Of a stretch of 64,000 bases of DNA, positions 29,929 through 45,534 are shown in pieces. The DNA lies in assembly GCA_964016885.1 (NCBI GenBank), contig OZ024748.1:60388001-60452000 (forward strand). Direction: 5' to 3'. Origin of the DNA: Eledone cirrhosa. Lineage: Eukaryota. Positions within the stretch are counted from its first letter, which is position 1; every line of letters begins with the position of its first letter. A model generated the notes under the pieces. The model was not told the origin of the DNA, made no database searches, and saw nothing but the letters and a program-made list of their open reading frames with translations. The translations under genes were made by a program, and so were the position numbers.

Positions 29929-30536
29929 AATTTTCATTGTAAAGTCTTTACCTCACATAATTATCTCACATAATATCCAGCCTATGAGATTTTGATATTA
30001 CTTATTTTGAGAATAATAACTTAACATCAGTATGAGTGGCCAGTTACAGCTAGTTTGAATAGAAAGAGGTTAGGGAATTCTGGCCGGATACGGCCGGTTT
30101 AAATGCTAAAGGGTTAAGGTGTAGAATTCATGATTGGCATCTATCTGTTTTCATGTGTAAGTGATAAAGTAAATGTAGTAAGTCATTATTATTTTCACGT
30201 TTTTAGAGAATGGTGAAATGTGGACACAAAAAGCCCGTGACGATATCTCAAAACATTTCGTCCGACGCCAAGACAATTCTGCTAATCTGCGCAACCAGAG
30301 TGATACCTTATTCTCATTAAGCAGGTTTTCGTGACATAACTTAACATAGGAGTATGACGGAATGATTTTAGACACACCCACAGAAAGGGAGATTTCCCAC
30401 CCACTTTGGGGTGGGTGAAAAATGTATTCTCTTGTGAAAATGGGTATAGCTCTCATTATGTAAAATCTCCCCATTTTGCCTCATTTGCTTTTCATGGTAC
30501 TCTCCGTTTGGGTTTTTAGAGGTTGGCATGTCTGCA

Positions 30537-30790
30537 TCCATTTCGTTACCATATTACTACTGAAAGACACTGCCTATTACTTCCAAATCATTTTGAATAT
30601 ACTCAAGAGTTTGAAGGGATTTATAAGTATAACTAAATTTCTCTCCAAGCTGTTTAGATCAATACCGAAATATTCTTAATTAAAATTATGGTGGAAGGTG
30701 TTTATATAAATATAAACATATTAAAACAAACAGTTTTGTAACATGAAACAAGAAATAGCTTTAGGTACTTCGGTATCAAAAACGTTAATG
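30537..30790. mobile_element. Old MITE-like repeat with an inverted relative at 33395-33665
   Basis: TTTCGTTACCATATT..GGAAGG..TATAAAC..TTAAAACAAA matches the reverse complement of the 33.4-33.7 kb segment. A piggyBac-like end CTAAAGGGTTAA lies at 30107-30118. Confidence 0.45.
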
Positions 30791-31447
30791 ACATATACAT
30801 ATTTTAAAATGCTGATTCATTATAAGGCATCTTGTATAGAAACAAATAGCCCCCCATTTCACTTTTCATTCCTTGAAGAATTTAAGCATTTTTATGTCAT
30901 ATTTTCTTATTTTACGCCGGGAAGGAATCGCCGGAAACGTATTTCGTGATATTTGAGGACAGAATACAAATGACCTTTCTATTGTTCGGGACATCTTCTA
31001 TATCTACTAAAATCTAAATCTGTTTTATTAAAGTACCGTTATTTATAATGTTGCTTTTACAAAATATTTCGGAAATATATATTTGGGAAATATTTCTAAA
31101 CATCTATTTATAGATAATGCATTGTGAAAACAGATTTGAATATACAAGTCCATTACATACGTATAGTACAGATACAAAAGGCTTATATATATATGTATAT
31201 ATGTGTGTGTGTGTGTGTAAAAGGTAAACAGAAATAACTAAAGTAACATAACATAAGGATGGCGTTGATATACAACACAATCATATGTATACATATATTA
31301 GTGCGTGTTTGTGTATATATGTGTGTGTGCTTGTGTATATATGTGTGTGTATAAAAGTAAGTATAGACAACATAAACGGACAAAAGAGCAAACTCTAAAA
31401 ACGATAATGTTAAATAAAGACACATATATATATATATTATATATATA

Positions 31448-32069
<622 letters not shown>

Positions 32070-32259
32070 ATAACCTTCGTTTTGTGTAGAAAATTACACT
32101 TTTCATATATATATATATATATATATAACGAAGGAGGTGTGGTAAGGAACCACACGGACCATAACGCACCAGAGTACTCAATACTTAGGTAGTAGAGTGG
32201 GTAATAGGAAAATGTTTAACCCGACGGCTTGAGCTCTGTCGTCGAGGTTAAACATTTTG

Positions 32260-32300
<41 letters not shown>

Positions 32301-32412
32301 AAAAGGTATGACCCCGACGGCAGAGCTCAAGCCGTTTCGACAGCTATTTCTGGACTAAATTAGAATGTTTAGCCTGGTGAATAAATAGTGGTTTCTTACC
32401 ACAATTCCTTTG

Positions 32413-32468
<56 letters not shown>

Positions 32469-35275
32469 AAATGTGTGTAATCCTTGGTACAGTTAGGTAT
32501 ATTAAGACAGGGGGGAAGAAAAAATGGCTTCACTTGTGCTTTCAACAAATTTATTTTCTTCACAAAATCCAAAAAGAATTTTTTTCCGGATTAGAAAATT
32601 TTTTTTTTTTTTTTAAATTTTTAATTTTTTTAATTTTTAAAAAAAAAATATTATATTATATATAATTGGTGTTGAAGTATAAAGACGTGTTTTCACTTCT
32701 CTCCCCGAGTAAACAGATATATATATATCGGAAAGAACTCCTTTGTGTCTAGTGAAAAATATCATTGAATTTTTACGAAGGTCGATTCGATTGGAAAGAA
32801 AGTTCATAAGCTGTCTATGAAGGAATAATGCTAGAGCCCGTGAAATCTTGCATGCATTAATTTCAACTCTTCTTATTAATAACTGGACTGTCTCTTTTCA
32901 GTGACTATGGTGAAAGGAACATAATTTGGTCATTCCATGAGAGTATCTTGGCCAGCCTATGAACATTTTATCCGACCCATGTAGATCTTCAGAAAAAGTT
33001 TCTTTTTTAAAATTACAAATCTGTCCTTAAATGTTTTTACTTGAAATCCCACGAGATTGCTATTGTTTTCTCCTTCAATAAATTAAAAGGATCAGTCTTG
33101 TACCTCTAATTTAGTTGTGTTATATTCTTCCTGTGAAGTGAAGGCGCGTGGCTTAGTAGTTAGAGTGTTGGATTCGCAATCGTGAGGTTAGGAGATCAAT
33201 TATTGTACCATGAAATACATTATGTCCTTGAGCAAGACTTTATTTCGCGCTCCTCTTTCTGCAAGTTAGATTGTATCAGCAATGGTAAGACCAATGGCAA
33301 CATTGTTTTCTTGGTCCGATTTGATGAGGCCCACCCAACTCGGCAAGCGAATGAGGTCTGGGATCTTGTCGATCGATAAGAGAAATATTCTTCCTTTAAC
33401 CTCTGTAATACCAAACCGCCTGAAAGCCCCCACCATGGGTTTTACAATACAAAGCTTTTTTTGTTTTAAAGGGTTTATATTTATATTAAACCCTTCCATC
33501 GTAAATTTATGCGAGAAACTTTCATATGTCATGTTTCAGACACCAACTTATTAATGAGAAATTTAGTTATATTAGTAAATCCTTTCAAATTCTTGACTAT
33601 TTAAAAAATTATTTGCAAAACATGGGCAGTTTCTTTCATTAAAATATGGTAATGAAATATTTAAACTCTCAATAGTCGTGAATATTTGTTCCGGTGGGAT
33701 GGAACAAAGTCAACATTGGTGTTTACTTTATTTTCTTCCGCAGGGTATTCAATGATGTTATGTGAAATGGATTTAATCATGAATCGAAGCCCTGTTTTCA
33801 TGAACTTAGTTCTTGGCACCATATCTCTGTTATTAAAATCTTCCTTGATTACATGGACAATATTAGTTGCAAGATAACTTAAGAAATTCTTTAAGCATAA
33901 CTTTTATATATAACGGCCGAGAGGTTAGGAAGATCGCTTCGGAATCATGGGTTTACAGGGTTACCATTCTATGGAATCTTGTTTAAATGTCTTTGCCACA
34001 ACCTTTAGACCACCTATGAGTGAAATTATATAGAAGAAAAACGTATGAAAGCCCATAGGATGCATATTTCCTCTATTTCAAAGTCAAGGTTGCATCACAT
34101 ATCATGTCACACTGATTAGGCTGAATATTACATTGATGGTACACGTGTCCGTGATATATCCAACTACTTCATCTCTAATTTAATGAGTCCGACGTGGTGC
34201 CGTCTCATCTAATTCTACTGAATACTCCTCGTCAAATCTGATGGATGATCCATCAACTCGTTTAAATTTTTTTTTTACTAAACTTTATCATTCGTTGTTC
34301 ATTTACTAGCACTCATGTCCTCCTCCACAGTGCAACCATTGTAATCAAAGTAATGATTTTCTATACAAATGTGTCTACAGAAACGAAAGAATCCTCTACA
34401 GCAATGACAAATACCAGAAAAAATTAGGAAATATAAAAGATCGATACTTTATTTCTTGACAACTCAACTCCCAAAGGCATTGAAAAGTAAATACATGAGC
34501 AACAAATTGGAAAATTAAATAAATATTATTTAAAATCTGTTCTTTGATTTGTTGCCATAGCATAGCGTATGAAGAATTTTTGCTGTCTATATTAAAATGC
34601 GAGTGACAGAATTCTGGAAATGGCGTTAATAACATGTTTGAATATCACTGATCTTCATCCAAAGTTAGGTAACGGTAAATAACAATTGTTAGTGTCTATA
34701 TTCACGAAGCAGATGTATAAATCTTTTTTGTTAAAGGTAACTTTATTTAGGCTATCGTGCTATCCTGGAGAATACTGCATTAGTTTACAGAACAGAAAAT
34801 CATATTTGAACACATGGCTCTCATAAGAAGAGGGAGAAGAAGAAGAAACAGAGGGAAAACAAGAAAAAGAAGAAAAAGAAGAGAAGAAGAAAGAAAAAAA
34901 GGAAAAGAAGGAAAAGAAGGAAAAGAAGGAAAAGAAGGAAAAGAAGAAAAAAAGAAAAAAGACGAAGAAAAAGAAGAAAAAGAAAAAGAAGAAGAATAAA
35001 AAAGAAGAAAAAGAAGAAGAAAAAAGACCAAAGAGAACAAAAAGAAGAAGAAGAGGAAGGAGAAGAAGTGCAGAAAGCCGACGTTCCAACAACTCTATAT
35101 ATTGGTCGCCATTTGTCTAACTTCAAGAGAAGAAGAAAACAAATGAGGAACTCATCCATCTTGTCTTGAATAATTCAAAACATAAAAAAACGAAAGAACT
35201 GAAATACCGTAGTTAATTCTACAGATACCCGTAGAGTCCAGGATTATTCAAATATATCATCTATCTATTATTAGA

Positions 35276-35640
35276 ACAGAATCAGTAGCGGGTGGACGCC
35301 ATTCTTTCCAGCATAGTTACGGATCTTTACAGACTGAGTTCAAATCTCGCCGAGGTTAACTTTGTCTTTCCTCCTTACGGGGTCGATAAAATAAAGTTCC
35401 AGTAATGTACTGGGTTTGTGCTGGCCTCGGTCCAAACGTAGAAACAATTATTAGAACAGTATCGGTAGAGTGTCGGACGCCATGCTTTCCAGCATAGTTA
35501 CGTCCCTTTACAGACTGAGTTTAAATCCCGTCGAGGTTAACTTTGTCATTCATCCTTATGGGGTCGATAAAATAAAGTACCAGTAATACATTGGAATAAT
35601 TGCTGGCCTTGTGCCAAAAGTAGAAACCATTATTAGAACA
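35276..35640 (+). mobile_element. Two head-to-tail SINE S1 copies
   Basis: Units separated and bounded by TTATTAGAACAG. Confidence 0.85.
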
Positions 35641-35952
35641 GTAAAACGAAAACAGCAACATAATGTCTACAATAAGAATATACTCCAATTGTATCTCTTC
35701 CCCTTAACAATCGCTTCTTCGACAAACACAGGGATACTCTCAAATGTATTCAGTGTAAAATAAGATCGATATTCAAATATAATTCTGGAGAAAATAGTGA
35801 AAGTAAACAGGATTGTGACAAAGTAATATTTTAATATACGTATATTGTTATTGACCACTGAAGTGCGATATTGGAAATCACTTAGGAAATGAAGAACGCC
35901 AATTTAGAAGAGTTCAACACGGTTTCAATATTACACACACACATGTATTTAT

Positions 35953-36018
<66 letters not shown>

Positions 36019-36108
36019 AAAAGCTAAATCGAAATAACAAAACAAACGGTGCAGTACATGGAAGAAATATATATATATATATATGTAAGTATATGCATGT
36101 GTGTGTAA

Positions 36109-36204
<96 letters not shown>

Positions 36205-36250
36205 AAATACCAATGAAGGTTGGAAGATCACTGATGAAGGACTAACTTTA

Positions 36251-36285
<35 letters not shown>

Positions 36286-36764
36286 ATAAAAAAAAAATAA
36301 TAATAATAAATATATATATTTTATTTATATATATATATTGTGGGTCATCAAGTATGAAATTCGTAGAAATTTATAGAAAAAAAAACAAATCTCTACAAAT
36401 GTCATACTTGATGACCCAATATAAATAAATGTGTTTGAGTGTATGTGTGTATGTACACGTGTGTGTGTGTGTGTGTGTGTGCGTGCGTGCGCGTGAGTGT
36501 GCGTATGCGTGTCTGTGTGTGTATTGTTTTGTTTCGTTACGTCATTTCGAAATGAAATAGATATGGCATATCAACGACGGACCACCAACGCGCCCAATCA
36601 CCTAATAAGAATGGCAACCAAATATCATCAAATTACGTCCTACTTTCTATATAATAATTATAAAAAGATACATTGGACAATATAGTTCTAAATATCTAAG
36701 ATGGTGTAATCTTGGCTGGAATATCTTTCATCATAAAGAAGTGTCTTAAGCCAAAAGGTGCATA

Positions 36765-36990
36765 TGCCGGTTTCACGTGAGTACAAGACTTCCCCTGGAC
36801 AGGACGCCAGTCTATCGCAGATGTAAACCCCCAGCTGTAGCTGTTACTCATTTAGAGCTGAGTATTCTTGAGCAACCTAAAATGAAGTGTTTTGCTCAAG
36901 AACACAATATACAACCCAGCGCAGGAATCAGACCCACGACATTATGATCGTTTGTTCAACAATCTTAACACTAGGCCACGTACCTCTACA
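36765..36990 (-). mobile_element. Second tRNA-derived SINE family (GT.CTTGAGCAA core)
   Basis: Head GTGGCCTAGTGTTAAG, core GTGTTCTTGAGCAAAACACTTCATTT. Related pieces at about 8960-9280(+), 18585-18780(+), 33143-33260(+) and 47430-47600(-). Confidence 0.6.
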
Positions 36991-37002
36991 TTAGTGACAT
37001 TG

Positions 37003-37173
37003 ACAGTAGAGGGTCGGACGCCATGCTTTGACGCATAGAGTTACGGCCCCTCCCATTCTGCGTTCAAATCCCGCCGGGGTTAACTTTGCCATTCATCCTT
37101 ACGGGTTCGATAAAATAAAGTACCAGTAATGTACTAGGTAATTGCTGGTCTTGTGCCAATAGTAGAAACAATT
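37003..37173 (+). mobile_element. SINE S1
   Basis: B box, central domain, tail. Confidence 0.82.
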
Positions 37174-38037
37174 AAATTAAGTGGTTAACTATCAATCTAA
37201 ATATAGGTTCAGTATATGGCTGTATATTTGTCTTTCCTCGTAGAGGCCATTAATTAAGGCTAACACATGGGTAAACAGAAACAACAACAACAAAAACAAT
37301 ATTCATGAACATTAGAGAGTTGTAGGCTGGTGTTCTCTGAGAGAAGCTGGAGACTAAAGTTTTAGGTGAAGCTAACTCTTCATATACAGATGATATTTTA
37401 CATCTTATCAAGACACACGATACATTGACTATGTCAAAGATTATGTAAACACCCGTGAATCACTTTAATCAAAGTGTTTAATCAGGAGAAAAAAAATAAT
37501 TAAAAACAATATTTGCTGTAAAGTAATTAACTTAATTCATATTTATACATTTATCATTTTATTCAATTATTTGTATAACTATTCAAAACCAAAGTAATAT
37601 ATATGTAGTAATACGTTAAAAATGTTGGGTCTTCAAGTATAAAATTTGTAGAAATTTTCTGAAAATAAAGAAATTTCTACTTGACGAACTAATATTTTGC
37701 TAACTACTATCTGATTATCTTTAAACATCTAATGCCTGTCTTATAAGATAGAAGATGTAAGCACCACGAGAGCTGCCGATCGCAACGAAAATCTATTAAT
37801 AAATTATACTGAACTGTCAGAAAGCAGACATGTTAAATTTTAACTAGATAAAGTAAAATAGAAACCCCGTGTGGCATCTTTATAAATATTGGATTGTTTT
37901 TTTTTTATAGATTCAATAGCTCCGTTGTATATTCAGTTATGTTATATTATGGTTCATAACAACATACATCACTATTAAAATATACCTTGCTTAAATAAAT
38001 AAAGTGTTTACATAAACTGAGTTGTATTTTACCTGTG

Positions 38038-38091
<54 letters not shown>

Positions 38092-38146
38092 AGAGATAAA
38101 TTTATATATACTATATATATAATAAAGACATATGTATATAAATATA

Positions 38147-38191
<45 letters not shown>

Positions 38192-38566
38192 TTATAATAA
38201 ATATATATGTATATAAATATAATAAATATATATATGTATATATATTATATATATAAATAATCAAAGATATATATATATATATGTATATATATATGTACAC
38301 ATATATATATATAATAAGTGTGTGTCTGCGTGTGCGTATGTGTGTGAGCCATATATATCATATAGCTAGAAGCAAGACTAGCCCTCCTCTGGATTTATTA
38401 AAACCCAAAACAAATATTATCAGCATTGCCAATCGCTCAAATATAAAACGTTTAAATAAATAATCATGGTTTTATCATCTGAATATTTATCTTAACTTTG
38501 CAATAATCAATTCATATATCAATATCAACGATGTGCACACATATATATATACATACATACATTTAT

Positions 38567-38599
<33 letters not shown>

Positions 38600-38830
38600 C
38601 GGAAAAAATATTAAATCGAAAATGCAACTGGAGTCTTTTTAAGAATATTTATTTGTTTCCTTTACCGGTTTCTTATGCTTTTCAAAAGTAGAATTGAGAT
38701 GGAGGATTTGCGGGAAAAACCACAAACCCTCCATCTCAATTATACCTTTGAAAAGCATAAGAACTGTGAAACCGGTAAAGGAAACAAATAAATATTCTTA
38801 AAAAGACTCCAGTTGCATTTTCGATTTCAT
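38600..38830. repeat. Fold-back element with TTGAAAA..GAAACCGGTA motif
   Basis: 38612-38706 is inverted to 38728-38828. Confidence 0.8.
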
Positions 38831-39823
38831 CTTTTACCCTTATACTTTCACTCGTGTAGGACATCTCGTTGTTTTTTCATTTTAAAAAAAACCCTCATTT
38901 TCTTATATATATAATCATTGAGCACTTGCCACACATCTCGGAGGTTGTTTTTCGTTATTTCGTGGGCCGAAATGCGATTCTCGATAATTTATGTTTGTAT
39001 TAATCTCCCGATTCTAGCTATTGACCAGTTAATTTTTTTGATTTTTTATTTGATTCTATTGACTGATGAATAGCTTATGTTAATTTTAACCCTTCTGTTG
39101 AGAACTCTATTCGATTTGTGATGTTTTTGCATTCTTGCAAAAATATACACAACTGAATTCATTCGCATGATATAGGGGTTGCCTCCCTTGCCGATCCCCA
39201 CGTGGGGTCAGCAATAGTCAGTCCTTGTATTAACATTGAACTAAAACCTGTTGAGAAAGTGGCTTCCTTGTTCAATCATCTTACCAGAAGCCTGACATTA
39301 TTTATGTAAGCGGACAGTACTTGATTTAGGAGCCGCAGAAACCCAAATACTGGATTTTACCAACCTTCCAGGGGTCCGGGTAAATTTTCAATCACAAATA
39401 TTTTTTATTTGTTTGACCCGAGTTACTTGATCGTTTTTTTTTGGCTATGCGAATGATTGTTTAACCATCGTCTCAGTGTGTTTGGCCTTTAACGTTTGTT
39501 ATAGCTCTGGTTCATCTGAATCATTGAGCACTTGCCACACATCTCGGAGGTTGTTTTTCGTTATTTCGTGGGCCGAAATGCGATTCTCGATAATTTATGT
39601 TTATATATATATATATAGTATTAATATTTATGAAGACCAAAATCCGAAGAGGGCACGATAATAATTGTATATATATAAACCCGTAGAACAAATATATGGT
39701 ATCAGTACAGATTAAATTTTATGTAAAGAATCACTGCTTTCAACCTTTTACTGGTTCATCTGAAACTCAGAGTATACTTTGTAATGGTTTTAGTAAGCGA
39801 TTCTTTGCTTAGACTTTAAATTA

Positions 39824-39876
<53 letters not shown>

Positions 39877-39957
39877 ATAATAATAATACTAATACTACTA
39901 TTACTACTACTACTACAAATAATAATAATAATAATAATGATTTCATTTATTAGCCAC

Positions 39958-40028
<71 letters not shown>

Positions 40029-40859
40029 GAAGAAGAAGAAGAAGAAAACGCACATGGTGGATATATATCGTTATGGAATCGCTCCCGTAAGTTTTTGATT
40101 TTTACTTCTTTAAAACAACTGTGATAGAATAATTCTTATTACAAATGAACAATAAGATTACAGTTTTCACGTTCAGCAAGCCATAACGCATCACTTTACG
40201 GCATAGGGCCCCAATATTTAATATTGGATCAGAAATGTTATAGTCGAAAAAGAGGAAAATGGCAAAATGGCTAAATAGCTAAATAGCTAAATGGCTAAGT
40301 GGACAGACAGAAAAATAATTTCACCACCAACACCACCACCACTACCACGCTAAAAACTCTGGTCAAGTTGCCTCAACTTCTATTTCTACTTCAACTTCAA
40401 CACCATCACTACAGTACTACAATCACACCACCACCACCACTGCCTCATTATCGCTACCGCCGCTATTCTCTCCCACTACCTCCTGCTAAGTACTACTAGC
40501 ACAGCACCACCACCACCACTGCCTCATTATCACTACCGCCGCTATTTTCTCCCACTACCTCCTGCTAAGACATGCATCGTAGTCTCCCCACTAAAAGAGG
40601 AAGGCATCAAAATATATAAATAGACTGATTTGATGACCCGGTCAACAAATCAAAAAACCAAAAATCAAAATCAAAGCAGCACAGCAACAACGAAAAACGT
40701 AAAGAAAAGAAAAATGAAAAGAAAAACAAACAGACGGACAGAGAAGGGAAGGGAAAAACTAAGTCAGACATTCAAACATTACATTACAATGAAACTTATG
40801 CTTATTCTTTTTTGGTTTTTTTTTTTTTTGCCTATTTGTTTGTTTGTTTATTTATGTTC

Positions 40860-43800
40860 GTCTACAGCGTGATAGTGCCACACAAAAATCACCGGGAGTG
40901 ATGAAATCACCGGTGGTTATGTAACCATACATTCACCAATCCCCGATAAGAGTGTTTAAATGTCGAACCTAAACAGTTCGAATAACGGTGAAGTGGAGAC
41001 TAGAATGTCATGTGATAGACTCTCACCCAGCAGGTGCTCCCTGGCTCAGCAGCAGGGACCTGGCTGTCAACCAAATACTGCTGGTGTCGGAGGAAGAAGA
41101 AGAAGGAAAGGGACCAGAACCAACTGGATGAAAGAATTGAATAGAACTGTTATGCAATGCTACCTGAAGAGTAACCCCAAGGAGAAAGGCTATAGGAAAC
41201 GGATGCATAACATCTGGAACGAGATTGGTCTATTTAAATTAGATGAACAAAACTTGGCCGGGCAGGCTCGGGTAATAAGAACTAATGGGTGGATAAGCGA
41301 GCTGGAACTGGAGGAACTGAGCAGAGAGATTAGGTTGGAAATGGAGAGTGGAGTATGCCAGGCAAACGAGCCAGAAATGAAGGTGAAGAGGTTGAGAGCA
41401 CGGAGGAACCATCCGAAGCAGACAATGATCTGAATGCTGAAATAAATAATACCTGGAACAAAGATACGGCTATTGAGGAGATGAATGCTGACGGGCTAGG
41501 ACAAGATTTGGTTGATATCCTAAACTTAGTGGTAGATGAATTGAACAATGATAGTGGGAAACCTATGAACCTAAGATTTGTAGACAGGAAAAAGTTAAAA
41601 GAAACAACAGCTAAGGTAAACAAAGTCATCCCATACCTTGAGGCGAGGAGCCTTCACCAGTGCAACAATATCCTCAAAGCAACAGCAAATGCAGTGAGGA
41701 AATTACTTGGTATAAAAGCGAGAGGAAACAACAAACAAGAAAGATCAGAGCCTTGGTGGAAAAAACGACTGAATGGTCAAATCAGGGAAATGAGAAATGA
41801 CATTGGAAAGCTTGAGCCCCTACTGAATGGGACACTAAAAAACATAGACACTAAAAATAGACTGGAAATAAAGTACAAAACTAGGAGGAAAAAGCTAAAT
41901 ATTATCATAGAGGAACTGAAGCAACGCATTGTAGCAAAGAGTGCAAAAATTAGGCGATACGAGAGCAGAGTCAGTCAGTATAGACAGAACCGCATGTTTG
42001 ACAACAACCAGAAGATGCTGTTTGGACAGTTTGAAGCGAAAGAAAGAGGCAACGACTTGATCCCTGAGGCGGAACAAACTAAAACATTCTGGAGAGGAAT
42101 ATGGGAGCAGGATGTTAAACATAATGACCAGGCAGTGTGGATTGAGACAGTACAAAAGGAGATTAGTGAACAGGCACACCAACAAACTGATTTGAGTATC
42201 ACAGTTGAAACTCTTAAGGGGCAGGCCAAAAAACTAACCAACTGGAAATCACCAGGCCCAGATGGTGTGCAGGGGTATTGGATTAAAAATATAACATCCC
42301 TCCACCCGAAACTGACAACCATGTTCAATGACTGCTTGATGTCAGGTGAGGTACCAGAGTGGTTGACAAAAGGTACCACAGTTCTGGTAATGAAAGACCG
42401 AATCAAGGGTAATGATGTTACCAACTATAGACCTATCACATGTCTGTCCGTAATGTGGAAACTGTTGACAAGCATAATGTCTGAGGAAATCTACCATCAC
42501 CTCCACACAAACAACTTGTTACCGGACGAACAGAAAGGATGCCGAAAGAAGTCCCGTGGTACAAAGGACCAGTTACTTATTGATAAGATGGTAATGAGGA
42601 ATTGCAAGAGGAGACACACTGGTCTTGCCAGGGGATGGATAGACTACAAAAAGGCATTTGACATGGTGCCCCATTCTTGGATCACCAAAAGCCTGGAGAT
42701 CTTCAAGGTGGCAGATAACATCAGACAGTTGTTGGGCAAAAGTATGAAGTCCTGGAAAACAGAGTTAACATCAGCTGGAGAATCCTTGGGAGGCGTGAAG
42801 ATCAAGAGAGGTATCTTCCAGGAGATAGTCTGTCCCCTCTGTTGTTTGTCCTTGCCCTGATGCCTCTGACCATTATACTGCGAAAAGTGAGAGCAGGATA
42901 CAAGTTGAGAAAGGGAGAGCTTACCATCAATCACCTCCTCTTCATGGACGATCTTAAGCTCTTCGGGAAGAGTGAGAAGGAGTTGGATATGCTTGTTGAC
43001 ACTGTCCGTATTTTCAGCAATGATATATGTATGCAAGTTGGTATAGTAAGTGTGGTGTCTTTGTGATGAAGAGGGGTAAATTGAGCAGAAGCAACGGAAT
43101 CCAGGTACCAACAGGTGAGATGATAAAGGAAATGAAGAAGGATACAAGTATTTGGGTGTTCTGGAGGCTGAAGACATCAAGAACAAAAAAATGACGGAAT
43201 TGATAAGATCTGAATACATTCGGAGAGTAAGGAACGTATTAAAGTCACATCTGAACAGTAGGAATGCCATAAGTGCAGTAAATTCCTGAGCTGTGTCTAT
43301 TATTAGGTACAGTGCGGGAATACTGAGATGGAATGTTGCTGAACAAAAAGAAATGGAGAGGAAGACTAGGAAGCTATTGACTATCTACAACATGTTCCAC
43401 AAGAGGAGTGATGTCAATAGACTCTACTTAAGGAGATCTGAAGGTGGAAGAGGTCTTATCAGCATAGAAGACTGTGTTGAGATGGAGAACAACAACCTAC
43501 ACAAATACGTGACTGATAGTAGGGAGCCAATGCTCAGAATTGTACTGAAGGAGAGGACAATAGACCAGGGGATGTCTAAGGAGGAAATAACAACAAGGAG
43601 AAAGAGCAACCTTCATGAAAAATCCCTTCATAGTACCTTCTTTGAGAAAACTGAATTTAGAGATCCACAGACATGGAACTGGTTGAAAAGAGGAGACCTT
43701 AAAAAGGCTACAGAAGGAATGCTAATGGCTGCGCAAGAGCAGGCCCTCAAAACGAAGTAGCTGAAACACCATATTTACAAGGAAGAAGCTAACCCACTGT

Positions 43801-44450
43801 GTAGGATCTGTGGAGAGAGAGTGTCTCACATTGTATCCGAGTGTAAACACCTAGCCCAGACTCACTATAAAGGCTGGAGACACGATGTGATTAGCAGGGT
43901 GATCCACTTGCACCTATGGAAAGTAAACAATTTACCACATTCTGAGAAGTGGTATGACCATAAGCCAGAGTCGGTGATGGAAAACAATCAGGTGAAGGTG
44001 CTGTGGGATTTTAGGATACAAAGGAACAAGAAACTGGAACACAATAGACCTGACCTGGTGGTTTTGGAGAAGGGAAAAAGATCGTGCCTGATTGTGGATG
44101 TAGCCTGCCCATTTGACACGAGAGTGCAAGAGAAGGAGAGGGAGAAAATTAACTGATACCAGGACTTAAAGTAAGAGGTAAAAAGGATTTGGAACTGCCA
44201 TGAGGTCAAAGTGGTCCCGATTGTCATAGGCGCACTAGGTACTATCTCAAAGACTTTCCAAGTATGGTTAAAGAAAATTGGTCCCGACCCGCTTTTTGGA
44301 ACACTTCAAAAGGCATGCTTGCTGGGAACAGCAAGAACCCTCCGATACGTCCTGAATATCTGAGGCTGCAGGTAGTGATATTCATTTCAACAAACTTTCC
44401 AGTTAAATAACATCAATGACTGAGACTCAAAGAACAATACTAATAATAAT
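40860..44450 (+). mobile_element. Second, divergent R4/Dong-clade non-LTR retrotransposon with (TAA)-type tail, disabled
   Basis: N-terminal W.KELN..VMQCY...GYRKRM..IW; PWWKKRL; WKSPGPDG; NYRPITCL; WIDYKKAFDMVPH; LFMDDLKL; GGRGL; CRIC..H....C; RHD, NRPDL, IVDVACP; VVPIVIGALG. Ends in CAATACTAATAATAAT. 5' boundary approximate. Confidence 0.92.
40960..44363 (+). pseudogene. Disrupted ORF of R4/Dong element 2
   Basis: Frameshifts near 41360 and 42822 (FQGDS broken to FQEIV), further lesions at 43040-43130, and in-frame stops near 43288, 43758, 44154 and 44172. Natural stop TGA at 44361-44363. Confidence 0.88.
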
Positions 44451-44642
44451 TGTTTCTACGTTAGGCACAAGGCCAGCAATTACCCAGTGCATTACTGGTA
44501 CTTTATTTTATCGACCCCGTAAGGATGAAAGGCAAAGTTAACTTCGACGGGATTTGAACTCAGAATGGCAAGAGCCGTAACTCTATGCGTCAAAGCATGG
44601 CGTCCGACCCTCTACCGATACTGCCAATCGACCGCCCTTTCC
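44451..44642 (-). mobile_element. SINE S1 inserted in the tail of R4/Dong element 2
   Basis: Exact 16-bp TSD CAATACTAATAATAAT at 44435-44450 and 44643-44658. Confidence 0.9.
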
Positions 44643-45534
44643 CAATACTAATAATAATGATATATATGTATATATATATAAACATGAAGTACAAGTCAAC
44701 AGATTATAATTCACTTCGTTTATATTTGATCTCTTTTATATATATTTCGGTGATAACCGTTATGCAACAGTTATGACCTATTTCATCACAGCACACACAA
44801 TACGGTGGTGTATGACAAAAATTAAGAAATTACTCACTGATGGGGTCATATAATGTGTGAAGAAAATGCATTGATAACAGGTAAAAGATTAATCGGTTAC
44901 TAAAACAAACAACTGTAAATTTTTGATAAATTGTAGTCAAAATCAACAGGTGTGTGTTTTTATTGGCAGTATGACACACCTAAAGTATAACAATATATGT
45001 TGCAACAAACATTTTCAGTATATATATATAATACTTAAAACAAAAAACAAAAACAAAGCGAAGAGTGCAGTACAAAGTGTTAAAATTTCATTCTGAAATT
45101 CAGAAGAGTGTCCAAGTCAAAAGACATAAAAATGTACAAAAGTTTACAATTAAAATTCTCGTACATTTTAGTTTTCTGGGAACCATGTTTATTCAAAATA
45201 CTGAACCAATTTACATCATTGCTGTAAATTAATTATTTTTCTACTCAGTAACTTTTTCTAATGATTATTGGTGTGCTTGAGGATATACATTATTCTAAAT
45301 CTTTCTGAGAAAATAGGAGGTAAATATCAGGATAATGGAACATAACCTATGCCCATTTCACAGAAAAGATGTTTTTACTACGCAAAGCTTCAAGTACGGA
45401 AATTTCATGAAAATATTTAACCCTCTATGTTGCTCTATATCATACCCTTCACTTCTCTGTCTCTATCTACATATCTTGCTCACACTCACACTGACAATCA
45501 CAAACATGCACACAACACAGACACATATATATAC

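Noticed and set aside
33720-33930. Possible exon after the acceptor-like TTTTCTTCCGCAG
   Set aside because: All three frames stop before any plausible donor; no recognisable protein.
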